Source: Macrostomum hystrix | Taxonomy: Eukaryota; Animalia; Platyhelminthes | Direction: 5' to 3' | Length of the DNA: 64,000 nt | NCBI GenBank assembly: GCA_950097015.1 | Contig: CATNEN010000026.1 | Coordinates: forward strand, 1,674,001 to 1,738,000 | Shown here: positions 22,617-35,820 of the stretch, in pieces | Layout of the letters: each line of letters opens with the position of its first letter | How positions within the stretch are numbered: the stretch's first letter is position 1 | Made by a program: the position numbers and the translations under genes | Notes under the pieces: generated by a model | Database searches by the model: none | The model's input: the letters and a program-made list of their open reading frames with translations, nothing else | Told to the model about the DNA's origin: nothing

Positions 22617-25600
22617 ATGGCTGGTTTTGTAAATATGCAGACGATTAACTCAACCGACAGAATTTCCTCACATTTACTTGATCATGACGAATTAAATGAT
22701 ACGACCCAGTATTCTTCCTTTGAAGAAACTGGGAATGGAAATGCTGGACAGAGAAGCGACTCTGTTGACAGAGCAAGTAAACTAAATGCGAAACCATGGT
22801 ATGAAAGGTAAGGTGCAAAAATATGGGTTATAGTATTATATTTTTTATGGCTTGTTTCTTTTGCTTGGCCTATGTTAGTCCTATGTACAATTTTAACTTT
22901 ACAATTGTAACTTTACAGTTACAGTTGACTTTACTTAACTTTACTTTACTTTACTTAACTTTACAGTTGCTGGTTAGGTAGCTATATTAATAATTTTTCT
23001 GTGGAAATTGTGTTCTTCAATATTTCTAAAGTCTGTAAATATAGGGGGCAGGACAATTCAGTAACAGTCAATTTGGTATGGGACAGTTCAGTAACAAGAA
23101 AGGAACTTTTGGGGCATATATTTGGTTTCCTACTTTAATTTATACAGTGTTTTGAGTTTAATGCACCCTTTTTACCTATCAATAGAACCCTAACAACACA
23201 GAAGCCAAAAATATGATGAAAGCCATGTGGGCCCTCTGCAAGTTAAATTTCTGCTAGCATATAACCAACAACACCCTTTTTAGGCCTAGAGTAAATTTGA
23301 AGTATGCCCACATAAAGGTCAACTTTATGTTGGCTTAAGTAAAACTTTATGTCAACTTAAACATCTTTACCCAAATCCAAATGGTTGCTCTATCTGTTAC
23401 GTGTTACATATTGTAAGCCAAATATCAATATGTTTGTGGTCTTAAAAATTAAATAAACAAAATGTTATTAGGCCTATCATTGCCAAAATAAAATCTGGAA
23501 ATAAAAAGAATGAGAAACTAAGTTGTTATGAACTTATAGGCCTATATATATATTTAATAATAGATATTTGGGACCTATTATATAGCAATAGAAATGATAT
23601 ATTAGGTCAATTAGCCATTCATGGAAGCCATTCAGCTGAAGGATAGAATTCAGAGAAAAATGGCAAGTGCCAAAATACTTGCATCAAAAAACTGTAAATA
23701 TTGCAATATTGGCCTTTATATACACAAATATTTTTGGCATTTATAAAGCATAATTAACAGAGTACTAAATACAAAAAATAGAGCCTGACTAGGATGCCAA
23801 AAATATAGTTTAGCTGGATCAGTTTCAAAATGTTGGGACTTAGGATTAGTAGGGATTGGGATATAATAGGTATTTCATTACACAAGAGTAGTTTTCTATA
23901 TATAGGCAAGACTAGTTTTAATCTAAAAAATATGACCAATGAAATCTTTATCTAATATAATTTCTAGAGTTTAAAAGAATTAAAGTGATTTTATACAATA
24001 AATTTAGACTGAAAAATATGAAGATCAAGTTAACAGAAACAAAGCTATAAAATATCCAATCAAGCACAAAAACATTTTAGCTGTTTCCAATCAATTACAA
24101 TATATTTTTATATGGAAAAATATAATTCTAGACCATACAAATTATCAAATTGGATAGAAAATCATAAAAGTTCTAAATCTGCTAATATTATTAACATCTA
24201 GAAATTTCTTGCCATATCCAAAATATGGTAATGCTTATTCACATCTTTAAACCTCACATTTTCAGATGGGCCATTTTGTCATGTGGCCCAAGCACAAGCA
24301 TCAAAATGCCCAGCAACTATCAATAATTTTTGTCCTCCAAATTCCCTATGAGTATAAGAAAATGAAACAAAAATTTTATTACCCCCAAAAAATTGTTACT
24401 ATTTGTTTTTAGATTTTACAGACACAGAATATATGCCAAAACCTTACTTAGCTCCTAACCATTGTAATATATAGTTATGTAATTTGCTAGAAATTTGTTT
24501 TTGTGTTATTGCTAAATAGCTTAAAAAATCTGTGAAGCAATTAGTAAAAATCAAGAATGAAAAAGAATTTATTACATTCTAAACATCAGGTATCATACAT
24601 GCGCAACCTCCCAAATCTTAGCTGGCCATGCAACTTAGTTTTTGCTCTACTTACAACTTAGTTTGCTCTCATTTGCTCTATTTTTCTCTCCCCTCTTTCC
24701 TTTTCTTCACGCCTTCCTTTTTTGTCCCTTGGTCCCCCCTTTGATTTTTTTGCGCTTGGTCGATTGGTTTTTGCAACTTACCTTGCTTGGCCCTCGTTTC
24801 ACCCGGCTGGTTCGGCCGGGTGGCCGGGTGTTGCGCATGTATGTCAGGTATTCTAATTTTCTCACATAATAGCAGTGCTTTTAAACTTTAAGGCAATCTA
24901 AAATTAGAGTTTAAATTTGTTTAATCCCACCCGACTTTGCCCAACTCTAAGACCTAAGACCTAAAAGTGCTATCGATCATTTTATTTTTTCCTATTGTTT
25001 TTATGCAGTTAAGACTTGTTACTACTTAGCTCTTTTATTCTTCAAAAGCCTTAGAAAAGTTTTTGTTATGAAAAACTTACAGCCCCCTCTTTTTGCCAAA
25101 TCCAATAGGTGCTGGGCAAATTGCTGTGCCTGTGTCAGTCGCAAACAGCAGTATGTGCCTCGCGTGGTCCGCATTAGGTGTACCAGATCGCAAGTCGCAG
25201 TATCCAACTAATGTGATTCGCAATCAGAAATACTCCGTTTTCACCTTTCTACCGTTGGTGCTATTTGAGCAGTTTAGAAACTTTCTCAACTTCTGCTTTC
25301 TGGTGATGGCTCTGTCCCAGTTTGTGCCGCAACTGCGGATTGGCTATTTGTACACGTACTGGGGACCATTGGCTTTCGTTGTCTCAGTTACTATGGTGCG
25401 CGAAGCTGTCGACGATATTCGACGCTGGATGCGCGATCGCGAATTAAATGGCACCGCGTATGAGCGACTCAGCCGGGCCGGAAATCAAACTGTGCCCTAG
25501 CAGTGCGCTTCGGGTACGTTCTTGGTAGAGATGCTAATTTAAATTAATTTTGAAAACTTGCCTATTTAATGCGCGTGTTTTAATTTTTCTGTTTGTGTAT

Positions 25601-28600
25601 GTGTGTTAAGGTATTTTTTATGACTTTCCATTTTTAAAGTACAATTTCCGGGTTTGTTATGCCTTTTATGTAAAACGTCATTAAAAGAGATTACAATTTT
25701 TTCCGTCCTGCTTGACCCACGTTTATGCACATTCTGGCTATAAAATTTCTACTTTCTTCTACTTGTATCTATCCGGGACACTCTAGTAAGGAATCTTAAC
25801 AAAAGGTATTTTAAATAACCTAGAAATAACATTAGTTAACCTAAAAATGACAGGCACCAACCTAGGATAGATGAAACAGTAATTTGGAATGTAATAGTAA
25901 TTTCATTCTTACAATTGCTTGCATGTCGCGTTTTAATAAAACACTAATAATTGATTACACCTGCCATAGAACAGACGCAGCTATTGCGCGGCGCACCTGA
26001 AGACTGCGTATTGCTATTCAGTCCATGGACTGGGAGGGGCGCCACACATCATCCTTCAATTAGCTAAAGCCAATGCTGGTACACATTTAATAGCTTTCTA
26101 AAAGTTTGCTAATTGTTCCAGTGCATTCGTGAAGCTTCGTCAGTCTGACGCGCTTTCTACTAGGCTAAACACCCGCTGTATTCTCTTGTGCTACTTACTA
26201 GCAGTAGTACGAGCGTATAAATCGTGCAATCACAAAGAGTCGCGCTAATTTGGCCTATTGCACGCGCCTCTTATCCTAGGTTGGCGACGTGGTTCGCGTC
26301 CTAAAGAATCAACGCGTCCCAGCCGACCTGGTGCTGTTGCGCACCTCCGAGCGTCAGGGCACCTGCTACTTGCGCACCGATCAACTGGACGGCGAAACCG
26401 ACTGGAAGCTGCGATTGGCTCCGCCTGTCACACAGGCTCTGGACCGGGACGAAGATCTGTTGGACATTGGCGGCAGCGTCTACGCCGAACGGCCTGGCCA
26501 GGATATTCACGGCTTTATTGGCACTATGACGGTTGCTAGGCAACCAGAGCAGCAGCAACAGATGGCACTGTCTGTGGAGAATACAGCCTGGGCTAATACT
26601 GTAGTAGCCTCTGGTTGGGCTCTTGGCCTTGTAGTCTATACTGGAACAGAGACACGAGCCGTGATGAACAATTCCAAGCCTAGGAGCAAGTTTGGTTTAA
26701 CCGACGCCGAGATTAATAATGTCACTAAAGTGCTGGTGGCTTGCGTACTTCTGCTGTCTTTATTACTGCTGGCGCTGAAAGGATTCGGCGGCCAGTGGTA
26801 CAAGTACTTCTGGCGGTTCTTTCTACTCTTCTCCTATATTGTACCGCTGGCGTGAGTGCCTCTGAAAAATTTAGTTTTTGTCGCACCTATGATAATGATT
26901 TGTTTAGTCCCTAAATCACGGTCATTTTTAGCTAGTCATGAGCCCCATCCACGGTCATTACATCAGCTAGTCATGAGCCCCATGCACCGTCATTACTTCA
27001 GCTAGTCATGAGCCCCATGCACCGTCATTACATCAGCTAGTCATGAGCCCCATGCACCGTCATTACATCAGCTAGTCATGAGCCCCATGCACCATCATTA
27101 CTTCAGCTAGTCATGAGCCCCATGCACCGTCATTACTTCAGCTAGTCATGAGCCCCATGCACCGTCATTACTTCAGCTAGTCATGAGCCCCATGCACCAT
27201 CATTACTTCAGCTAGTCATGAGCCCCATGCACCATCATTACTTCAGCTAGTCATGAGCCCCATGCACCATCATTACTTCAGCTAGTCATGAGCCCCATGC
27301 ACCATCATTACTTCAGCTAGTCATGAGCCCCATGCACCATCATTACTTCAGCTAGTCATGAGCCCCATGCACCGTCATTACTTCAGCTAGTCATGAGCCC
27401 CATGCACCGTCATTACTTCAGCTAGTCATGAGCCCCATGCACCGTCATTACTTCAGCTAGTCATGAGCCACATCCACGGTCATTGCCTCAGCTAGTCATG
27501 AGCCACATCCACCGTCATTACTTCAGCTAGTCATGAGCCCCATCCACGGTCATTACATCAGCTAGTCATGAGCCCCATCCACGGTCATTACATCAGCTAG
27601 TCATGAGCCCCATCCACGGTCATTACATCAGCTAGTCATGAGACCCATCCACCGTCATTACTTCAGCTAGTCATGAGCCCCATGCACCGTCATTACTTCA
27701 GCTAGTCATGAGCCCCATGCACCGTCATTACCTCAGCTAGTCATGAGCCCCATGCACCGTCATTACTTCAGCTAGTCATGAGCCCCATCCACGGTCATTA
27801 CATCAGCTAGTCATGAGCCCCATCCACGGTCATTACATCAGCTAGTCATGAGCCCCATGCACCGTCATTACTTAAACTATATTTTTTATAAATATTATAT
27901 TTTTAAGTGACTGAAAGTGTATTCCATAAAATTTTTTCTAGACTTCGTGTCAACCTGGATGTAGGCCAAAATCACCTATTCATTCTTTATCATGCGAGAC
28001 AAGAAGCTGGAAGGTAACATTGTGCGCAACACCACCATACCGGAGGAACTGGGCCGCATCAGCTACCTGCTCAGCGATAAGACTGGCACACTCACTGAAA
28101 ATGAGATGGTGAGCAGTGATTTCATTCGTTGGTCGCCGCGTTAAAGGTTTAAAGGATTAGTTTTGTCTGAGGAATGTCTGGAATGAAGGATTAGTTAGTT
28201 AAGCCTGATAGGACTGCAAATGGCATATTGCGACCAGTGGCCGCATCAACAAAATTGCGCAATTCTCCAGGTGTTCAAGAAGCTCCACCTGGGCTCCACT
28301 GTCTACACTGACGAGCCAGACTCTCAAGACGAAGTGCGCGCCCTAATACAAGCCGGGATGTCCGGCAGTGGCGCGGCAACTGGCGGAGCTGTCACAGATT
28401 CTGTGACCCGCCAGGGTGCCGATTTAGCCTGCCGCACTGTGGACGCTGTCCGGGCGGTGGCGCTGTGCCACAATGTCACGCCAGTGTACGAGGACGGCAC
28501 CGGTACTGGCCCGGCCTATCAGGCCAGCAGTCCGGACGAGGTGGCCTTGGTGGCCTGGACTGCTAGCGTTGGCCTTACTCTGGTTCACCGCGACCAGTCT

Positions 28601-31600
28601 AGCATGCGGATACTGCAGACTCAATCGGGTGTTGAGCACACTTACACTGTACTGCACCTGTTTCCATTCAGCTCCGAGTCTAAGCGGATGGGCATTATAG
28701 TGCGCGACGATGCCTCAGGCGAGATCGCTTTCTACGCCAAAGGCGCAGACACCGTCATAGGTTCCGTTGTGCAGCCAGTCGACTGGCTGGAAGAGGAAGT
28801 CGGCAATCTGGCCAGGGAGGGCCTGCGCACCCTGCTGGTTGCTAGGCGACGGCTAAAACGCGATTTCTTTGAAGACTGGAGTAGGAGGTGAAAATTGATT
28901 ATTCTATCATTCACATAACTAAGCAGTGTCTCTCAGATATTACCCCAAGAAAAATCCGCATAATATCTCCCAGATCCCAAAAGGCAAGAACTGCATAATC
29001 TCTCCCAGATCCCAAAAGTTAAAAACTGCATAATATCTCCCTGATCCCAAAAGGCAAGAACTGCATAATCTCTCCCAGATCCCAAAAGGCAAGAACTGCA
29101 TAATCTCTCCCTGATCCCAAAAGGCAAGAACTGCATAATCTCTCCCAGATCCCAAAAGGCAAGAACTGCATAATCTCTCCCACATCCACAAGTTAAATAG
29201 TTCACAATGTCCCCCAGATTCCTAAGGTAAAGACTCAACAATGTCTCCTATATCCTGAAGTTTAGTCTGATGCATAGATGCTGAAACTCAAATCGACCAG
29301 ATACGAGCAAGCCCGTCTGGCAGTTGAGAATCGAGCGGAGCGAATGCTGCAACTTCAACAACAGCTCGACAGCGGCCTAGAGTTGCTCTGCATCACCGGC
29401 GTTGAAGATCGTCTGCAGGCTGGCGTTCGGCCGGCTCTAGAAACCCTGCGCAATGCCGGCGTTCGCGTCTGGATGCTCACCGGTGACAAGATGGAGACTG
29501 CCTGCTGCATCGCTAAGTCGTCCAGGCTGGTGGAACGCTCCGGCGGTCTGTACGCCTTCCAGCCGGCCTCGCTGCGCAGCGCCGACTTGGATAGGGAGCT
29601 GAGGAACATGGCCCGCAGAGTGGAAGCCGGTCACAGTGTAGTCATCAGTGGCGAATGTTTGCAGGTTAGGCTGATGATATACCATTTTCACTCGTTGAGT
29701 TCTGACGTAAAAGGACGAAAGCCGTAGACAGCTGCTTTGTTTTTTTTAACCAATTTGGGCAAATTTTCACTAGATTTCTCCATCGAACAAAGGGGTTTGT
29801 ACATAGACCATCATGAGCAATGAGCATTCTTATCATTTTTTACCGCCATATATACAGTGTCACGTTTCAAAATGTGTTTTGAAAGTCATTATTTCTGGTT
29901 CAGTAGAACATTGTTTCCTAATTTCAAATCCTGTTTCAGTTTGAGTTGTGTTTTAAAGGGTTTTCTTGTGAAAATTTGCTCAAATTTACTGAAAGACAAA
30001 GCAACTGCCTATAGTCAGCCTTAGATTCTCGTCCATTGTGCAAATTTGTTGTTTTTGTTTTAGCAATACCTTTTTATCTATGGTCTAACCCTATTCACTG
30101 ATGTATTTTTTGCGACTGTATGAATTTTGAGAAAGCTCCTCGTTCATTAATTTTAATTGGCTATTCAATTTCGAAAGACGCACCGCATTTTGTTACTGCT
30201 ACTAATAAGTAGTCTGTTTAGGAAAATGGTAATTATTTTTACTAACTTCAAATTCAAACTTTAGGCCGCCGTAGAGCAGGACGAGCGCAGATTCATTCAG
30301 CTGGCCTGCCAAGCTCCGGCTGTTGTTGTCTGCCGCTGTTCGCCAACCCAGAAGGCTGAAGTTGTACGCCTATTGAAAGATCACACTGGTAAGCGTTGCG
30401 CCGCTGTCGGCGACGGTGGCAACGATGTGGCCATGATTCAGGAGGCCGACTGCGGCATGGGCATCGTCGGCAAGGAGGGCCGACAGGCGTCACTGGCAGC
30501 TGATTTCAGCATTCCAAAGTTTCAACACGTGACTAGGCTGATGCTGGTACGCTCCTAAGCAAATTATTCGTCGCTTAAATCGTTTATTTTTTAATCGTTA
30601 CTCTTTCAAAAAATTAACGCATTAAAAGTAACTATTTTGATAATCGATTTCGTAAATTTCAGGTGCACGGCCGCAGGTGCTACAAGAACACATCGGTGCT
30701 GGCCCAGTTCATTGTGCACCGCGGCCTCATTATCTCTACAATGCAGGCCGCATTTTCTGCCATGTTCTTCTACGTGGCTATCAGCCTATTTCCTGGAATC
30801 CTGATGATTGGCTACGCCACCGTGTTCACAATGTTTCCCGTATTCTCTCTGGTGCTAGACAAAGATGTGGCCAGCGCAACAGCTGAGAAATTCCCGGAGC
30901 TTTATCGAGGCTTATTGAAGGGCCGAGAATTATCGGCTAAAGTGCTGTGCATCTGGGTGGCCATATCGATTTATCAGGGCAGCGTCATCATGTACGGCTC
31001 AATCTGGCTGTTCCAGGGCTCGTTTCTGCACATTGTGAGCATCGGTTTCACAGCCCTAGTATTCACTGAGCTGATCATGGTGGCTCTAACTGTGCGCACC
31101 TGGTGCTGGCAGATTGCTGTCGCTGAACTGCTCAGCCTCGCCTGCTATTTAGCTGCCGTGTTCATCTTGACTGACTATTTCGGTGAGCTGGAAGATAAGA
31201 GACTAAGACTAAATTACGGGGGTTAGTTGCCTCTCGCACCAACGTCCCAAGCTCGATTCCGTGACTAGGCCACATTAAATTGGGCTTTAGCGGCTTGTCG
31301 TTCAATTTACGCCCTTGAGTGCCAACCTCGAAGGCACAGTGAGAGTGTACACTGCCTGAAGATGAGAAAGTCAGGAGCAGATGTACACACATGGGTGCGT
31401 GTGTGCTCGGGAGTCAGTGGAATGGGCAGAATTGCCTCCTCGCTGGCTGCGGGTCTAGTGTCACCTGATGATGTGCCATCGCCCTCCTGCAATTGTTAAT
31501 ATTATTATTAAGACTCCTGTACAGATAGAAATGGTTACTTTCGCTGTTTACCAAACAAAGACCCTTACAAAATTATTTAGACCGATCCGTCATCCTGACG

Positions 31601-31717
31601 CTGGACTTTCTATGGAAGGTGTCCGCCATCACAGCGGTCAGCGCCATACCGATTGTGGCTCTGAAGCTAATCCGTTACCTCATGAGTCCGCCTATCGCTC
31701 ACAAACTGCAGGCGTAA
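22617..31717 (+). CDS. ATP9B: P4-type ATPase / phospholipid flippase, ATP9A/B (Neo1) class; three apparent +1 frameshifts
   Basis: Exons 22617-22807, 25109-25513, 26280-26851, 27942-28108, 28271-28887, 29301-29664, 30265-30546, 30663-31182, 31581-31717. Motifs: [34 protein letters not shown] (phosphorylation site), [26 protein letters not shown] and an ATP9-type C-terminus. Probably a co-ortholog of ATP9A and ATP9B. Confidence 0.93.
25945..26165 (-). mobile_element. SINE family B, degenerate copy
   Basis: attgattacacctgcc...gcgcggcgcacctgaag...ttcagtccatggactggga matches the 3' half of family B. Confidence 0.75.
26915..27875. repeat. 35-bp minisatellite, ~27 copies, intronic
   Basis: cagctagtcatgagccccatgcaccgtcattactt; period 35 (26999, 27034). 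Confidence 0.95.
28940..29200. repeat. 35-bp minisatellite, ~7 copies, intronic
   Basis: cccagatcccaaaaggcaagaactgcataatctct; period 35. Confidence 0.93.
31215..31512 (+). mobile_element. SINE family A copy
   Basis: gcctctcgcacca...gctcgattcc...gtgtacactgcctgaagatgagaaagtcagg...gccctcctgcaattg..attattatt. Confidence 0.85.
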
Positions 31718-32766
31718 TTATTTAACTATTTTTATTCTGACGCCTAACAATAATCGAACAAATAGTCTAACATTGATTTGCTGTGATCAATCAATTTATC
31801 TATCAATCAATCAATTTATCAATCAATAAACTAACCAGTGATTTTTCTAACAATATTTTAGTTCCGTTGGCTCAACTGGCGGGCCAATAGTATGATAATT
31901 AATGATCTCGGCATTGGCAGACACGATCAGAGACCAGCCTGCTTCTAACCAGAACTTCCGCTAATAATTCTTCAACATTCGATCTAACCCCGCCACAATT
32001 TTTCTATTGCTTCCAGTTGCTTTCAGTTTTTATCTATTGTAAAGTTTAGAAAGCTGCGGTCACAATGCCTTGCTTAAAATTTTAAAAATAAAAATTGAAT
32101 TATAATTTTAAAAGTGTGAGTATCTAGTTTATCATTATTAATCGGTTATAAGTGTTCTTAGAAACACAGGCACAGGCTAAAAGTGCACACATTTGCACTC
32201 TAGCATGAGTAGACATTCCAATACATGTATATTTTTACCTCGCGTAGTTTATTTGTTAAGCAAAGCTGATTTTTTCATTTGTTCTTTTTGCTGTCTCAAT
32301 TAACTTAAGCTCTGTATTCTTTTACACATATTATCAATTTTACCCAGTTTTCAGTTTTTGCCTGTGTTATTCGCTTGTTTTATACATGTCTCTATCAACT
32401 AATATTCCATCCGATGCTACACTTTTAATTTAAAATTATTATCAATTGCAAAGCAGATTCTTAGCTGAATGAACAATTATTTTATACAGTTGACAACACT
32501 GTGCTCAATTGCTCAGTAAGCTTATGCAATAATGATTTTCGTCTTCATTCTTTTTATAGTTTTCAATATCGAATAGTCAAGTTTAGCTTAGACAAATGCT
32601 TTATACCCGACTACATTGTATTTCTCTATTTCTAGATACTCTACTTCCTTCTCTACCGGAAACAGAAAATGTTTTTCTCTGGGTAGTCTCATCCTAACCA
32701 TTCACTATTTTACTGCTTCATTTTATACTGCTCCGTTTCGTTCAATTCTAAGCAGCCCTATTTACT

Positions 32767-33525
32767 TAGTTCTAAGCACCCCATTTAGCCTGTTCTAAGC
32801 ACTCTATTTCATTATTTCTGAGCACTCTATTTCATTATTTCTGAGCACTCTATTTCATTATTTCTGAGCACTCTATTTCATTAGTTCTGAGCACTCTATT
32901 TCATTATTTCTGAGCACTCTATTTCATTATTTCTGAGCACTCTATTTCATTAGTTCTAAGCACTCTATTTCATTAGTTCTAAGCACTCTATTTCATTATT
33001 TCTAAGCACTCTATTTCATTAGTTCTAAGCACTCTATTTCATTATTTCTAAGCACTCTATTTCATTAGTTCTAAGCACTCTATTTCATTATTTCTAAGCA
33101 CTCTATTTCATTAGTTCCGAGCACTCTTTCATTAGTTGTGAGCACTCTTTCATTAGTTCCGAGCACTCTTTCATTAGTTCTGAGCACTCTTTCATTAGTT
33201 CCGAGCACTCTTTCATTAGTTGTGAGCACTCTTTCATTAGTTCCGAGCACTCTTTCATTAGTTCTGAGCACTCTTTCATTAGTTCCGAGCACTCTTTCAT
33301 TAGTTCTGAGCACTCTTTCATTAGTTCCGAGCACTCTTTCATTAGTTCCGAGCACTCTTTCATTAGTTCCGAGCACTCTTTTATTAGTTCTGAGCACTCT
33401 TTCATTAGTTCCGAGCACTCTTTTATTAGTTCTGAGCACTCTTTCATTAGTTCCGAGCACTCTTTCATTAGTTCCGAGCATTCTTTCATTAGTTCTGAGC
33501 ACTCTTTCATTGGTTCTGAGCAGTC
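32767..33525. repeat. Minisatellite changing from a 23-bp to a 21-bp unit
   Basis: gagcactctatttcattatttct (23 bp) at left; gagcactctttcattagttcc (21 bp) from ~33120. Confidence 0.95.
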
Positions 33526-33705
33526 TTTAGAAATTTCTTACTTAATCCAAATTAGTCTGTTTCTATCTAGTATAAGTCCGTTCATTTTTTAAACCTAGGT
33601 GTCACTCATCTCTATAATTACTCAGCCTCCTTGTCACTCCGTGTCATAGAATCGCCTAGAATGTATACTAACCTGCATTCCCGCCCGCAGCAACAGCGCT
33701 AAGCC

Positions 33706-34368
33706 ATGGGTCGCCGTCCAGCCCGCTGCTATCGCTACTGCAAGAACAAGCCCTACCCGAAGTCGCGCTTCTGCCGCGGTGTCCCGGATCCCAAGATCCG
33801 CATCTACGACCTGGGCAAGAAGAAGGCTCGCGTTGACGAGTTCCCCCAGTGCGTGCACATGATCTCGGACGAATACGAGCAGCTGTCCGCCGAGGCCCTG
33901 GAAGCTGCCCGCATCGCCGCCAACAAGTACCTGGTGAAGAGCTGCGGCAAGGACAGCTTCCATCTGCGCGTCCGCGTTCATCCGTTCCACGTCACCCGCA
34001 TCAACAAGATGTTGTCCTGCGCCGGCGCTGATCGCCTCCAGACTGGCATGCGCGGCGCCTTCGGCAAGCCCAACGGCCTGGTGGCCCGGGTCAACATCGG
34101 CCAGGTCATCATGTCGGTGCGCGGCAAGGAGGGCAACGTCAACTCCATGGTTGAGGCATTCCGCCGATCCAAGATGAAGTTCCCCGGCCGGCAGAAGATC
34201 GCCGTCAGCCGCCGCTGGGGCTTCACCAAGTGGGACCGGCCCGACTACGAGCGGATGCGCGCCGAGGGCCGTCTGCAGCCAGACGGTGTCGGCTGCAAGT
34301 ACCTGCCCGAGCACGGACCGCTGGACAGCTGGAAGCAGGTCCAGGCCGCTATGCGTATGGCCAGCTAG
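33706..34368 (+). CDS. RPL10: 60S ribosomal protein L10 (uL16), intact, no CDS introns
   Basis: 220 aa: [37 protein letters not shown]...[24 protein letters not shown]...KFPGRQKI, with strongly GC-biased third codon positions. Confidence 0.98.
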   Translation: MGRRPARCYRYCKNKPYPKSRFCRGVPDPKIRIYDLGKKKARVDEFPQCVHMISDEYEQLSAEALEAARIAANKYLVKSCGKDSFHLRVRVHPFHVTRINKMLSCAGADRLQTGMRGAFGKPNGLVARVNIGQVIMSVRGKEGNVNSMVEAFRRSKMKFPGRQKIAVSRRWGFTKWDRPDYERMRAEGRLQPDGVGCKYLPEHGPLDSWKQVQAAMRMAS

Positions 34369-34659
34369 ATCTGGTGCTGGTGACCGCAAATAGAACTCTA
34401 TGCAATGTGCTCTGAGTGTAGTCTTTAAAGTAGACTTGTGAGATGAGACACAAATATACCGCCAAGAAAAATGCTATTGTTTTTTTGACGCTGTTGTCCG
34501 CGCGTTACAGATGTGGAAAGAGAAAACTAGTCGGTTGTACTTTGCTGACTTGTAGTTCTGATTGCGTCGTTTCTTATTTATTTTAACTGATCTTTGTGCG
34601 AAGCAAACGAGAAGTGTTAGGAAGGAAGCAATTTATTGTCTTTGCTTCCTTCCTTCCTG

Positions 34660-35412
34660 TTTAACTGGGAACAGTTTATTGTCGATGCTGGGAACAGTTT
34701 ATTGACGATGCTGGAAACAGTTTATTGACGATGCTGGAAACAGTTTATAAATGATGCTGGAAACAGTTTATTGACGATGCTGGAAACAGTTTATAAATGA
34801 TGCTGGAAACTGTTTATTGACGATGCTGGAAACAGTTTATAAATGATGCTGGAAACAGTTTATAAATGATGCTGGAAACTGTTTATTGACGATGCTGTGA
34901 ACAGTTTATAGTCGGTGCTGGAAACAGTTTATTGACGATGCTGGAAACAGTTTATTGACGATGCTGGAAACAGTTTATAAATGATGCTGGAAACTGTTTA
35001 TTGACGATGCTGGAAACAGTTTATAAATGATGCTGGAAACAGTTTATAAATGATGCTGGAAACAGTTTATTGACGATGCTGGGAACAGTTTATAGTCGGT
35101 GCTGGAAACAGTTTATTGACGATGCTGGAAACAGTTTATTGACGATGCTGGAAACAGTTTATTGACGATGCTGGAAACAGTTTATTGACGATGCTGGAAA
35201 CAGTTTATAAATGATGCTGGAAACAGTTTATAAATGATGCTGGAAACAGTTTATTGACGATGCTGGAAACAGTTTATTGAAGATGCTGGAAACAGTTTAT
35301 TGACGATGCTGGAAACAGTTTATTGACGATGCTGTGAACAGTTTATAGTCGGTGCTGGAAACAGTTTATTGACGATGCTGGAAACAGTTTATTGACGATG
35401 CTGGAAACAGTT
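34660..35412. repeat. 23-bp minisatellite, ~32 copies
   Basis: ggaaacagtttattgacgatgct; period 23. Confidence 0.95.
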
Positions 35413-35820
35413 GCAATGCTCTTCAGTTCTATTGTTCAATGTGTGGTGTGGCAATGCAGAAAAGCAATTCTTTTTGTGTCCTGGTATCATTTGCCAATCA
35501 GACAAAATCTAGTTCTTAAATAACCGATAGCAACTAAGAAACTTGTTGGGTTTTTTAACTGCACGGGGTAGCCTACTGCAGTTGCACTTGCATATGAGCA
35601 TAAAGCTAAAAATAACACTTTGAGATGTTGCCTTGCGTGTCGGACGTTAGGAAAAATCCTATTGGATCATAGCCTAGCCAATACCCTTAACCCACATGGT
35701 AAAACTTCATTCATTCCATGCTTTGCATTTTAGTATTGCCCTGAGCGACTGTATAAATTTATCAATACATCCAGACTTAATTACAGTTTATTGCTCTGAA
35801 AATATTCGACCTGTCCAGAT

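Noticed and set aside
25093-25175. ORF-track N-terminus [14 protein letters not shown] as part of ATP9
   Set aside because: The conserved reading ([22 protein letters not shown]) is in another frame from the acceptor at 25108; the ORF-track peptide results from the +1 insertion.
33634-34389. 251-aa antisense ORF over RPL10
   Set aside because: Shadow ORF expected from the high GC3 of RPL10; no recognisable protein.
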